In this document: piece after piece, positions 1 to 9,019 of the stretch | How the letters are laid out: the number at the start of each line of letters is the position of its first letter | How positions within the stretch are numbered: the stretch's first letter is position 1 | Assembly (NCBI RefSeq): GCF_023169545.1 | Contig: NZ_AP019769.1 | Coordinates: 60,001 to 92,000, forward strand | Reading direction: 5' to 3' | Origin: Nanobdella aerobiophila | GTDB taxonomy: Archaea > Nanobdellota > Nanobdellia > Nanobdellales > Nanobdellaceae | DNA length: 32,000 bases | Made by a program: the position numbers and the translations under genes | The notes under the pieces: model-generated | Database searches by the model: none | The model's input: the letters and a program-made list of their open reading frames with translations, nothing else | Told to the model about the DNA's origin: nothing

Positions 1-70
1 ACAAGACTGGTAAGAAGGAGTAAATACATCGTCCAAGGTGAGAAAAGTTAAAACATCTAATGGAAACAAG

Positions 71-399
71 ATAGCCTACATAGGCTTAGGTATCAATCTA
101 TTAGCAAGTGTAGTAGTTAATGATGAGACTTGATTGTTATATAAGGGAGTTGATCTAAAGAAGATTACTTCTATTTCCAGAAGAAATAGTTAAAGTACAG
201 TCATTAGCTGACAAATCAAAGAATATCGAATAAAGGTATTTGAGGTTGTTGAATATAATATCTTAAAGGGTGTCATTAACTGTGCTAAGGGAAATAAACT
301 ACACAGCAATCTAAACGGTGCATTGAACATCTTGAAGAAAGCAAGAAACATAATGGATTTTAATAATTTAACTAGTAGCACCCGTAAAAGAGTGTAACT
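71..399 (+). pseudogene. Decayed IS200/IS605-type OrfB/TnpB transposase remnant
   Basis: One frame reads IAYIGLGINLLASVVVNDET*LLYKGVDLKK...HSNLNGALNILKKARN, matching the TnpB RuvC-I (GIDLGINNLA..) and C-terminal (HxDxNGALNILKKA) signatures, with several in-frame stops and a missing central part. Confidence 0.75.
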
Positions 400-455
400 C
401 TTTAGATCCCGGGAAAACCATCGTCCTTTATGGGGGCAGTCTGTAGCAAATACAA
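371..455 (+). mobile_element. Possible right end of the decayed IS605-type element (hairpin-rich, GC-rich)
   Basis: Immediately downstream of the TnpB remnant: hairpin AAAGAG-TGTAA-CTCTTT (387-403), palindrome CCCGGG, short stem CCAT...ATGG; markedly more GC-rich than surroundings. Confidence 0.4.
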
Positions 456-715
456 TAAAGCCTATATTAAATACTCTTGCTTAAGTATATATCTCCAATT
501 TTCCAAATAAAGGAGAAAAAGAAATCAATAACAATAAATATACCAATATTATCCATATATAACAAAATATAGAAACATTCAAATATCTAGATATTGTAGA
601 TAAAGCTAAAATAACTTTTTATATAGCGCTCATTAGAGTTCCAAGTAATATAATTATTAATATTCGTTTTTATAATTAATTAAAATTTTTAATTAGAAAA
701 GTCTATTTAAGTATA

Positions 716-1300
716 ATGCTAATTCTAGTTACCGGGGTACCTGGTGTTGGAAAAACATCTATAATTAAGGAAGGAATCAAATATATTAAATATAATTTTA
801 ATATATTAAGCCTTGGAGATATAATATTAGATATTGCTAAAAAAAATTATAATATAAATAATAGAGATGAAATAAGAAAAAAATTATCAATAAAAGATCA
901 ATTAAATTTACAGATGGAAGCAATGAAATATGTAAAAGATATAGAAAAAAATGAAAATATTATATTGGATACACATCTAGTTATAGAATCCTATGCAGGT
1001 TTCGTACCTGGTATTATTAGAACATTTGCGGATATATTGAGGCCAAATGGCATTGTAGTTATAACTTCAGATCCTGATAAAATATTCTTGAGAAGATTAA
1101 AGGATATGGAGATTAGAGGAAGAGATATAGAGAACCTAAAGAGAATAGAGATTCAACAAAATCTAACAATATATTTTACTACGGTATTTATGTTCGAATA
1201 TCATACAGTAGTAGAGATAATAAATAATGAAGAAGGATTATTAGATATATCATCTAAGAAATTTGCAGAATTTATTAACAAATTAATTGGTAATGAATAA
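716..1300 (+). CDS. adkA: Archaeal-type adenylate kinase (AdkA-like)
   Basis: N-terminal P-loop MLILVTGVPGVGKTSI; NIILDTHLVIES; size 194 aa typical of archaeal AdkA. Confidence 0.75.
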   Translation: MLILVTGVPGVGKTSIIKEGIKYIKYNFNILSLGDIILDIAKKNYNINNRDEIRKKLSIKDQLNLQMEAMKYVKDIEKNENIILDTHLVIESYAGFVPGIIRTFADILRPNGIVVITSDPDKIFLRRLKDMEIRGRDIENLKRIEIQQNLTIYFTTVFMFEYHTVVEIINNEEGLLDISSKKFAEFINKLIGNE

Positions 1301-3620
1301 AAAAATATTTTTTATCTTAATAATTTTATTATTATCAAAATATATAAACTCTCAGTCTCTCTTTAATATCCCAATCTACCCAGCTCCAGATTCCTTTTTT
1401 AATTTACAACCTTTATCCTCTTCTAATAGCTTACCGGGATATTTATCTGTTTATGATATACAATATATACCTTCCAATAATTACGAAATAGCTACTTTTA
1501 CAATCAATCAAAGTTCAAATTATTATATATATTTTAATATGACTTATCCAGTTAATATAAATATTTATAATTCAAATAAACAATTATTATATAATCAATC
1601 AGGATCAAATATATTTTCTAGTATAAATTTAAGCCCAGGAACATATAATATGGAAGTATATAACTATAATAATCAGAGTACAACTGGTGAAGCTATATCT
1701 TATGTATTAAATTCTTCAAGTTTTTCTCAAGGAGTATATTTACCATACGGGATATCTAATCTAGGATTTGCATTTATAAACAATTCTGTTTATGAGTATA
1801 ATTATAGTACGAATCAATTTGTTGGATATATTAATTTGCAGAGTTTGCAAGATTATATAAATAATTATTGTCCTGTTAGTAATAATATACAGCAATATTA
1901 TGAAAATAATAATATAACAGGATCTGGAATTTCAATCCAACTGAATTCTATGCTTTACATTGAAACGGATTCTGGATCAAATCAATTATACTTCCTTCAG
2001 AATGTATTAGATTTAAATCAGTCCAGTAATCAATATTATATAGCAGATAATATATGGAATTATACATCCCAAGGAGGACTACTATATAATCAGTCTATTT
2101 TAGGATCAGGTTTTGTAACTAATTATTATAATCAAGCTGAAAATTTAAATGAATCCTATTATTATTATTTCGGTTATGAAAATCAATTATCATTTCCTCT
2201 AAATATTTATTTGGTTACAAATATTACACAAAATAACTCATATCCAGAAGTGCAATTTGGTTATAGTTTTGATGGACAAAATATAATTTGGTATGATAAT
2301 GTAACAATATTAGTACCTTCTAATTATTTTTCTATGATTGTTTATCCAGCGCATCCACCATATTTATTAGATTCAGAACTAGTAATTGGAGGACCAGGAG
2401 ATGGTACCTGTTCTTATATAAATAATATAAATGGTACACTATCTCTATATTTCTTGTACCAAAATAATGGTTCTGAATATTATTCTCCTTCTAGATTTAA
2501 TTTTAATTATGGATTAAACACCCTAGAGACTTCTACAAATCTACAAACAATATATATTGGAGATGGTACAATAGAATTGATTCCAGGGCAATCATATATG
2601 AATTATCTGAGTTCAGAAAATATACAACAAGATAATAATTATACTGTCATGATAGAATATCCAAATAACACAATATATGAGAGCCAATACCCACAAAATA
2701 CAGAATTAAATATAACATTTCCAGATTATATAAACATTTCGAATTATTCTTATTATTATTTAAATAATATTATAGTAAATAATCAATCTTATAAGAATCC
2801 CGCAATAATATATATAACTAATAATACAATAATTATACCTAATTATACATTATATTATTTATTAAGCATATATTCTCCATATAATTATACGATAAATAAT
2901 TATTCTTATATAGGAAATAATTCTATATATTTTCCAGAAGGTACTGTATTAAATATATCTTTTGATAATATAGTACCAGTAAATAATTATACAATATATT
3001 ATCTATCCAATATAATATTAAATAATCAATATTATAATGAAAGTACGCTAGAAATTAATTTAAATAATTATACAATTATATATACAGATTATACATTATA
3101 TTATTTATTAAATATATCATCTCCATTTGAATTTCAGCTAAATAATATCAGTTATTATAATTATTCTAATTTTTTAGTTAATGGATCATTAATAAATATA
3201 GATTTTAATCAACTAAATTATATAAATAATTATGAAAGGTATTATTGCCCAAATAATAAATTGTCTTATATATTATATAATAGCACTAGTCTGGATTTAG
3301 CTAATTTTTGCCAATTACAATATTTAATAAATTTTTATAGTTTTTTTCCTGTAAATGTATCCTTAAATAATAATAATATATTAATTAATGGATCTTATAA
3401 TACATATATAAATAATGGAACCTATATTTATATAGAACCCGTAAAATATACATATAGTTCATTCTTTACATATGAAACATATTATTATAATGGACATAGC
3501 TACTTAATTAATGGACCTATAAATATAAATATAAATTTCAGCCGCGAATCCGGTTATAATATATTAAATATAATAATTATAATAATTATTGTAGCTATAA
3601 TTATATTCATATTATATTAA
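1293..3620 (+). CDS. Large secreted, membrane-anchored Asn/Tyr-rich surface protein with internal repeats
   Basis: Signal peptide MNKKIFFILIILLLSKYINSQS; many N-x-S/T sequons; C-terminal TM NIIIIIIIVAIIIFIL. Supplied ORF starts at TTG 1287; ATG 1293 is the more likely start. Confidence 0.8.
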   Translation: MNKKIFFILIILLLSKYINSQSLFNIPIYPAPDSFFNLQPLSSSNSLPGYLSVYDIQYIPSNNYEIATFTINQSSNYYIYFNMTYPVNINIYNSNKQLLYNQSGSNIFSSINLSPGTYNMEVYNYNNQSTTGEAISYVLNSSSFSQGVYLPYGISNLGFAFINNSVYEYNYSTNQFVGYINLQSLQDYINNYCPVSNNIQQYYENNNITGSGISIQLNSMLYIETDSGSNQLYFLQNVLDLNQSSNQYYIADNIWNYTSQGGLLYNQSILGSGFVTNYYNQAENLNESYYYYFGYENQLSFPLNIYLVTNITQNNSYPEVQFGYSFDGQNIIWYDNVTILVPSNYFSMIVYPAHPPYLLDSELVIGGPGDGTCSYINNINGTLSLYFLYQNNGSEYYSPSRFNFNYGLNTLETSTNLQTIYIGDGTIELIPGQSYMNYLSSENIQQDNNYTVMIEYPNNTIYESQYPQNTELNITFPDYINISNYSYYYLNNIIVNNQSYKNPAIIYITNNTIIIPNYTLYYLLSIYSPYNYTINNYSYIGNNSIYFPEGTVLNISFDNIVPVNNYTIYYLSNIILNNQYYNESTLEINLNNYTIIYTDYTLYYLLNISSPFEFQLNNISYYNYSNFLVNGSLINIDFNQLNYINNYERYYCPNNKLSYILYNSTSLDLANFCQLQYLINFYSFFPVNVSLNNNNILINGSYNTYINNGTYIYIEPVKYTYSSFFTYETYYYNGHSYLINGPINININFSRESGYNILNIIIIIIIVAIIIFILY
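2700..3185 (+). repeat. Two tandem 81-aa (243-nt) protein repeats, with a degenerate third starting at 3186
   Basis: TELNITF...NYSYYYLNNIIVNNQSY...YTLYYLLSIYSPYNYTINN (2700-2942) and TVLNISF...NYTIYYLSNIILNNQYY...YTLYYLLNISSPFEFQLNN (2943-3185); SLINIDFNQ...NNYERYY follows. Confidence 0.75.
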
Positions 3621-3694
3621 TGGGACCGCCGGGATTTGAACCCGGGGCCACCGGTACCCCAAACCGACATCCTTCCAAGCTGGACTACGGTCCC
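3621..3694 (-). tRNA. tRNA-Pro(GGG), no intron, CCA not encoded
   Basis: Cloverleaf GGGACCG-TA-GTCC-AGCTTGGAA-GGAT-G-TCGGT-TTGGGGT-ACCGG-TGGCC-CCGGG-TTCAAAT-CCCGG-CGGTCCC-A; anticodon GGG. Confidence 0.95.
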
Positions 3695-3726
3695 ATTCTT
3701 TTAAAATTTTATGGTTATTTTAAAAA

Positions 3727-4548
3727 ATATGGATTATCGGTTCATATAAATTATACTATTTAGGTCCTAGAGGATCTTTTAGTGAAGAAGCAAGTTTAGT
3801 CATTAAAAAATTATATAATCTTGATGAATTAATATATAGGAATAATTTTAATGAGATATTTGAGGGAGTCATTAAAAATAAGGATCTTGGGCTCTTACCA
3901 ATAGAAAACAATCATTCTGGTAGTGTTAGAGAAATATATTATTTATTGTTAGAATATAAACCAAAAATATCCGTTGGTTTCGATTTCCCAATAGAATTAT
4001 ATCTGATTGGTAAAAATAATATAGAAGCAAAATATGTTTATTCACATTCCCAGGCGTTAGAACAAGCTTTTAATTATATAAATAAAAAGTCTTTAATTTC
4101 TATTCATGTATCTTCAACATCCGAAGCTGTAAAGAAAGTAAAAGAAGAATATGAAAAAGGATTATATTATTCATATGCTATAGGTAATAAAAGATCTGCT
4201 AGATTATTTAATCTAGATATAATTGAAAAGTTAGATATTGATAATAATTTTACAAGATTTATATTAATAGGAGATCATGATATAGAAGAGGATAATAATA
4301 AGACATTACTAATATTTAAAGTTGATAACAAACCGGGTAGTTTATATAAATTTTTAGAATATTTCTATGACAATAAAATTAATTTGTCAAAAATAGAATC
4401 TATTCCGATAAGAAATGGTACTTGGGAATATTTATTCATATTGGAATATGAAGGGGATAAAAGTTTAATAGATAAAGAAAAAATAAATGGAGAGATATTT
4501 TATATTGAAGATTATAAATATTTAGGGATTAAAAAATATATGGAATAA
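3727..4548 (+). CDS. pheA: Prephenate dehydratase with C-terminal ACT domain; start codon uncertain
   Basis: The supplied ORF (3946-4548) is truncated. The same frame from 3724 encodes KLYYLGPRGSFSEEA...GLLPIENNHSGSV; later NNFTRFILIGD (TRF motif) and ACT domain KVDNKPGSLYKFLEYFYDNKINLSKIESIP. Confidence 0.85.
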   Translation: MWIIGSYKLYYLGPRGSFSEEASLVIKKLYNLDELIYRNNFNEIFEGVIKNKDLGLLPIENNHSGSVREIYYLLLEYKPKISVGFDFPIELYLIGKNNIEAKYVYSHSQALEQAFNYINKKSLISIHVSSTSEAVKKVKEEYEKGLYYSYAIGNKRSARLFNLDIIEKLDIDNNFTRFILIGDHDIEEDNNKTLLIFKVDNKPGSLYKFLEYFYDNKINLSKIESIPIRNGTWEYLFILEYEGDKSLIDKEKINGEIFYIEDYKYLGIKKYME

Positions 4549-5119
4549 ATCTATATGTCTCTTTTTTATAATCTTTATATTCTTGTCCAAAGTTGTTCTC
4601 TAGATACTGTTCTTCAGGTAATACTTCTCCTATATAAATAAATATATCAACTATTAATGCGATTATTATTCCTAATATATTATATGTTACAAATCCGAAG
4701 CCTAGAAATATTAACATTTCTCCAAAATAACCAGGATGTCTTATATATTTATATATACCATTTTTTATTATTTTTTGTCCTTCTGCTATTCCTAAATATG
4801 GTAGATAATACTTTCCTAATGAAGCTTCTGCTATTCCTTGGTATAAAATTCCTATTAAGAATAATAAGAATCCTACTATATTACCTGTACTATAATTAAA
4901 TATTCCATAATTATAGAACTGTCCTATTGATGCAAATATGGCTATAAATGTCATTCCTATTAATATATATAATATTGACTCTATTAGTGAATATAGTTTA
5001 TATTGTATCACCTTTTCTTTTTCTCCTTTTAATATTATAAATGGCATTACTATACCTACTACTATTTCAGATACAATAAAAAGGTATAAATATTCCTCAA
5101 GAGCGAAATTTATAATCAT
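4529..5119 (-). CDS. Isoprenylcysteine carboxyl methyltransferase / phospholipid methyltransferase-like membrane protein
   Basis: Multiple TM helices and the motif IIKNGIYKYIRHPGYFGEMLIFLGFG; C-terminal YPKEE-like region (GQEYKDYKKETYRFIPYIF). Confidence 0.75.
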   Translation of the reverse strand: MIINFALEEYLYLFIVSEIVVGIVMPFIILKGEKEKVIQYKLYSLIESILYILIGMTFIAIFASIGQFYNYGIFNYSTGNIVGFLLFLIGILYQGIAEASLGKYYLPYLGIAEGQKIIKNGIYKYIRHPGYFGEMLIFLGFGFVTYNILGIIIALIVDIFIYIGEVLPEEQYLENNFGQEYKDYKKETYRFIPYIF

Positions 5120-5153
5120 ATAAGAATATTATTCTTCCTAAAATATAAAGATA

Positions 5154-5226
5154 TGCCACCGCCGGGATTTGAACCCGGGGCCTCTCGCTTACCAAGCGAA
5201 CGCTCTGCCAGCTGAGCCACGGTGGC
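5154..5226 (-). tRNA. tRNA-Thr(GGT), no intron, CCA not encoded
   Basis: Cloverleaf GCCACCG-TG-GCTC-AGCTGGCA-GAGC-G-TTCGC-TTGGTAA-GCGAG-AGGCC-CCGGG-TTCAAAT-CCCGG-CGGTGGC-A; anticodon GGT. Confidence 0.95.
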
Positions 5227-6143
5227 TACTTTCCTATCTTTTTGGAAATAATATTTATATACTGTGGATTTATACTATACAAATATTCTTTATTCCCTTC
5301 ATGTCTTAGAACTATGTTTTTCCTGTATAATAATCCCAAATATTTTGCAATTGTATTCTTTGGAAGGTCTAATATCCTGGATATCTCTTTAGAAGATAAT
5401 TGGCTTCCAGATAATAATTCCAATATCTTTAGTTGAGTTTCGGATAAATCTAAATCTTCTATTTCATTTATATTTTCTATCTTACCTGTTATAATATCAT
5501 TTACTGGATGTTTCATGTTGGACAATATATTATTAATTTCAATAAATATGGACCTTATATTATTATTATTTTTTCTTATAATTTTTCTTAAATATTCATT
5601 ATCAAATTTTATTTTATTTTTTAATCTATCATTTATTAATTTAATAATTTCATCTTCTGATGGGAGTTTCATCTCTATTTTTTCATAAATCCTATTTAGA
5701 AATGATAGAGAAGCATTCATAACTTGAGGGGATGGTTGTATAAGCATAATGGAATAAACGATTCTATTATCATATAAATATTTTAGTTTTTTTGATATTT
5801 CTTCTGGAAAATTGTAAAATTCATCTAGAATTAATATAATAGGTAATTTATTTTTTATTTTGAAAAATAAGAATTTAATATATAGATTATTATTTATCTC
5901 ATTTTCAATATCTTTATTATATTCGCCATTTATATATATTACATTATATTTATCGATAAAGTCTCTCTTAATTTTAAATGCTAAAGAAGTCTTTCCAGAT
6001 CCTACTGGACCGTATAATAGAATTATTTCGCCACTTAGTATAGAATCTTTTATCTTTTTTATAATATCATCTATACCAATTAAATTATCATTTGGTCTTA
6101 TATCTAGCGGATTTTTATAAAATCCGTATTTACGCCACCACAT
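5226..6143 (-). CDS. AAA+ ATPase with C-terminal winged helix (Orc1/Cdc6-like architecture)
   Basis: Walker A LLYGPVGSGKTSLA, Walker B PIILILDEF, C-terminal HTH LSETQLKILELLSGSQLSSKEISRILDLPKNTIAKYLGLLYRKNIV. Confidence 0.6.
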   Translation of the reverse strand: MWWRKYGFYKNPLDIRPNDNLIGIDDIIKKIKDSILSGEIILLYGPVGSGKTSLAFKIKRDFIDKYNVIYINGEYNKDIENEINNNLYIKFLFFKIKNKLPIILILDEFYNFPEEISKKLKYLYDNRIVYSIMLIQPSPQVMNASLSFLNRIYEKIEMKLPSEDEIIKLINDRLKNKIKFDNEYLRKIIRKNNNNIRSIFIEINNILSNMKHPVNDIITGKIENINEIEDLDLSETQLKILELLSGSQLSSKEISRILDLPKNTIAKYLGLLYRKNIVLRHEGNKEYLYSINPQYINIISKKIGK

Positions 6144-7755
6144 CTTTTAATTCTATATATGTAGCCAAAGACCATAGCTGGTGTAAAGCCCCGGCAATTT
6201 TCATATTATTTGCACTAGCTCTTTCTGGTAAAGTTCCTATCATATATATAAATTCTAAGTTAGATTTTAATATTTTATTTATTATTGAGTTGTATTTTTC
6301 TTTATTTACTTTACATAATGATAATGCAGATATATTATTTATAAAGATCCAAGAATCTCCATTATGCATCGATTTACCTTCATTTTTATAATAATTATCT
6401 TCATTGGAGTTTCCTATAAATTCTTTATCGAATTTTGATATACTAGATAATCCACCCCAATATAAGAGTAAATGATTTAAAGAATAATCGAATAATCTTT
6501 CCCATTCTGGATTTGATAAAAATTTTGGATAGAAATAATAAGATAAGAATATATTTGGCCTAATTTTTTTATTTTTTATGTCATCATACAATGAAGCATC
6601 ATTTATATAATTATATTTTACTGATTTGACTAGTTTATCTAGTTTATCTTTATATTCGTCTTTTTTAGTATAATTATATAAATTATCATAAGAATTCATC
6701 ATTAAAAATTGTATCTCTATTGGATATTGTCTATTTAAAGTATCCATCCAACTCTCATTTGGATATGCTTTAAATAAGAAATATTTCTGATCTAAATAGT
6801 TATTTTCATAAGATATTAATTTTTCTTCTACTATATTTATTATTTTATTAAATTCTTCGTTACTAAATAGGTCCTTAAAGTCGAATAATCTTTTAATATA
6901 TAATCCTATACCATCAGAATTTCCGACATTACTATCTTTTATATTTTTTAATCTTCCATCCATGAGAAAATAATTAGAATATTCTATCAATTTATGTTTT
7001 ACAATATCTTTATTTATTTTATATATACCGTATAAAGATATTAGAGTATCCCTTGTCCATTCTTGAAAATACCATGGAAATCCTGCACTAATATTATTAT
7101 TATTTATAAAGGATTCTATTCTTTTCTTTATTAATTTATTTATTGTAAATTTGCTATTTCCAGAAATATTACTGTCCTCATTAAATATTATCTCTATCCT
7201 ATCTCCATAGAATTTTATTGGGGAATATACATATCTATAATATGGAGGAGATCTCCTATATTCATCATAGTTATAATATATTTTTATCCATTTATCTTGA
7301 TTTTCTTCATATGATTTAAACTTAGAAATTTTTATTTGGTAATTTATATTATCTTTATTAAACTTTATTATTATAAAATTTTTATACTTTTCTATGTTGT
7401 ATATCCTATTAAATTCTTCTGTATCATATAAGTTCCTTATATCAAAATAAACATTTATATATCCTTCTTTATTGGTATTATAAACTAGTTTGCTATTTAA
7501 TAATTTGTATTGTTCAAAATCATCATTTTTATATATAATTTTCAATATATTATAATCTTTCAATAATATGTTCTTTATTTCATTATTTTTAAAATTCTGA
7601 TTTTCAATCTTTTCTATTGTTTTTATATAAAAGTTATTATATGGAAGTAATAATCCAAAATATCTACTATTATATAGTAGAGGTAAAAAGAAAATAAGAT
7701 TCTTTGATGTTATTAAACTATATTCAAAATTATTTAATTCAATATACTCTTCCAT
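6130..7755 (-). CDS. Glycogen debranching enzyme / amylo-alpha-1,6-glucosidase-like (GH133-type)
   Basis: FPWYFQEWTRDTLISLYG, FKAYPNESWMDTLNRQYPIEIQ, LPERASANNMKIAGALHQLWSLATYI motifs. Confidence 0.8.
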   Translation of the reverse strand: MEEYIELNNFEYSLITSKNLIFFLPLLYNSRYFGLLLPYNNFYIKTIEKIENQNFKNNEIKNILLKDYNILKIIYKNDDFEQYKLLNSKLVYNTNKEGYINVYFDIRNLYDTEEFNRIYNIEKYKNFIIIKFNKDNINYQIKISKFKSYEENQDKWIKIYYNYDEYRRSPPYYRYVYSPIKFYGDRIEIIFNEDSNISGNSKFTINKLIKKRIESFINNNNISAGFPWYFQEWTRDTLISLYGIYKINKDIVKHKLIEYSNYFLMDGRLKNIKDSNVGNSDGIGLYIKRLFDFKDLFSNEEFNKIINIVEEKLISYENNYLDQKYFLFKAYPNESWMDTLNRQYPIEIQFLMMNSYDNLYNYTKKDEYKDKLDKLVKSVKYNYINDASLYDDIKNKKIRPNIFLSYYFYPKFLSNPEWERLFDYSLNHLLLYWGGLSSISKFDKEFIGNSNEDNYYKNEGKSMHNGDSWIFINNISALSLCKVNKEKYNSIINKILKSNLEFIYMIGTLPERASANNMKIAGALHQLWSLATYIELKDVVA

Positions 7756-7807
7756 AAAGATCTATTTTCGAAAAATATTTATATTGTTTTATGATATTTA
7801 TTTATTT

Positions 7808-9019
7808 ATGAAAATATTATTTTTATCGTGGGGAATTCTGCCGCAGAAAACCGGTGGCCTAGAAAAAGCCACGTATTATTATTTCAAATATCTTGATAAT
7901 AAAAATAATACAGTATATTTATTTATTCCAAACCTGACTAAAGATGTATATAATTTTTGGTCAAACAAATTAGTGAATTCAAAGATATTTGGGTTAAACA
8001 TAGATACTTTTAAATCTTATATAGACTATTTTCGGTACGAATCTTTTACTTTATATAAAAAAAATCTGGTAGATTATAGATCTGCAGTTAATGAGTATAA
8101 AAATAGGTTAATTGATTTCTTAAAGAATAATAAATTGGATTTTGATATAATATATGCATATGATTGGTTAACAACACCTGCAGCTATAGAGTTGAAAAAG
8201 ATATATAAAAAACCATTAATAATCCATTTTCATTCTCTTGCATATGATAGAGTTGGTGCAAATCCAGATCTATTAAAATATCTTTATGATTATGATTATG
8301 GTATAGAGATAGAAGGATGTAGAAATGCTGATTATGTAATTACTGTTAGTAAGAGAGAAAAAGAAATATTAGAAAAATATTATTTTTGTAATGGTAATAA
8401 GATAAATGTAATATATAATGCTCCGGATGAAGACTTTAAATTGAAGGAAAAAATAAGATCAAAAATAAATGATAAATATAAAATTGTATTATTTTTGGGA
8501 AGAATTACATTGCATAAGGGTCCAGATTATTTGCTAAGAGCAGCCAAGAAAGTATTAGAGAAAAATAAAAATGTATTATTTATATTTGCAGGTACGGGGG
8601 AAATGTTGGATCAGCTAATAAAATTAGCTGCTGAACTAAAAATATCTAAGAATGTAATTTTTACAGGTTGGATTGATGATGAATTGGCAGAATATTTGTA
8701 CTCAATATCCGATATTTTTGTATTACCTTCTATATCCGAACCATTTGGTTTGACTCCTTTTGAAGCATTACAATATAAAGATTATATAATATTGTCTAAA
8801 CAAGCAGGAGTTGCGGAAGTACTAAAAAGTGCATTAAAAATAGATTTTTGGGATGTAGATAAATTAGCAAATTATATATTAGCATTATTGGAGTATAGGG
8901 TTTTAGGTGATTATGAACTAAAATTATGTCTAGATGATATAAAAAATATTTCTTGGGAGGATTCTGTTAATGTTTTATTATCTATTTTTGATAAAGTTAT
9001 CAATATCAATAGATCTTAG
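7808..9019 (+). CDS. GT4-family glycosyltransferase
   Basis: MKILFLSWGILPQKTGGLEKATYY; GRITLHKGPDYLLRAAKKVL; DIFVLPSISEPFGLTPFEALQYK. Start at 7808 fits the family N-terminus better than 7784. Confidence 0.85.
   Translation: MKILFLSWGILPQKTGGLEKATYYYFKYLDNKNNTVYLFIPNLTKDVYNFWSNKLVNSKIFGLNIDTFKSYIDYFRYESFTLYKKNLVDYRSAVNEYKNRLIDFLKNNKLDFDIIYAYDWLTTPAAIELKKIYKKPLIIHFHSLAYDRVGANPDLLKYLYDYDYGIEIEGCRNADYVITVSKREKEILEKYYFCNGNKINVIYNAPDEDFKLKEKIRSKINDKYKIVLFLGRITLHKGPDYLLRAAKKVLEKNKNVLFIFAGTGEMLDQLIKLAAELKISKNVIFTGWIDDELAEYLYSISDIFVLPSISEPFGLTPFEALQYKDYIILSKQAGVAEVLKSALKIDFWDVDKLANYILALLEYRVLGDYELKLCLDDIKNISWEDSVNVLLSIFDKVININRS

Noticed and set aside
190-381. Minus-strand 63-aa ORF
   Set aside because: Antisense to the TnpB remnant; no motif.
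3621-5226. Possible split or intron-containing tRNAs, as in some nanoarchaea
   Set aside because: Both tRNAs fold as complete, uninterrupted cloverleaves.
5860-6391. Plus-strand ORFs 5860-6120 and 6092-6391
   Set aside because: Antisense to the AAA+ ATPase and glycogen debranching enzyme; no motif.
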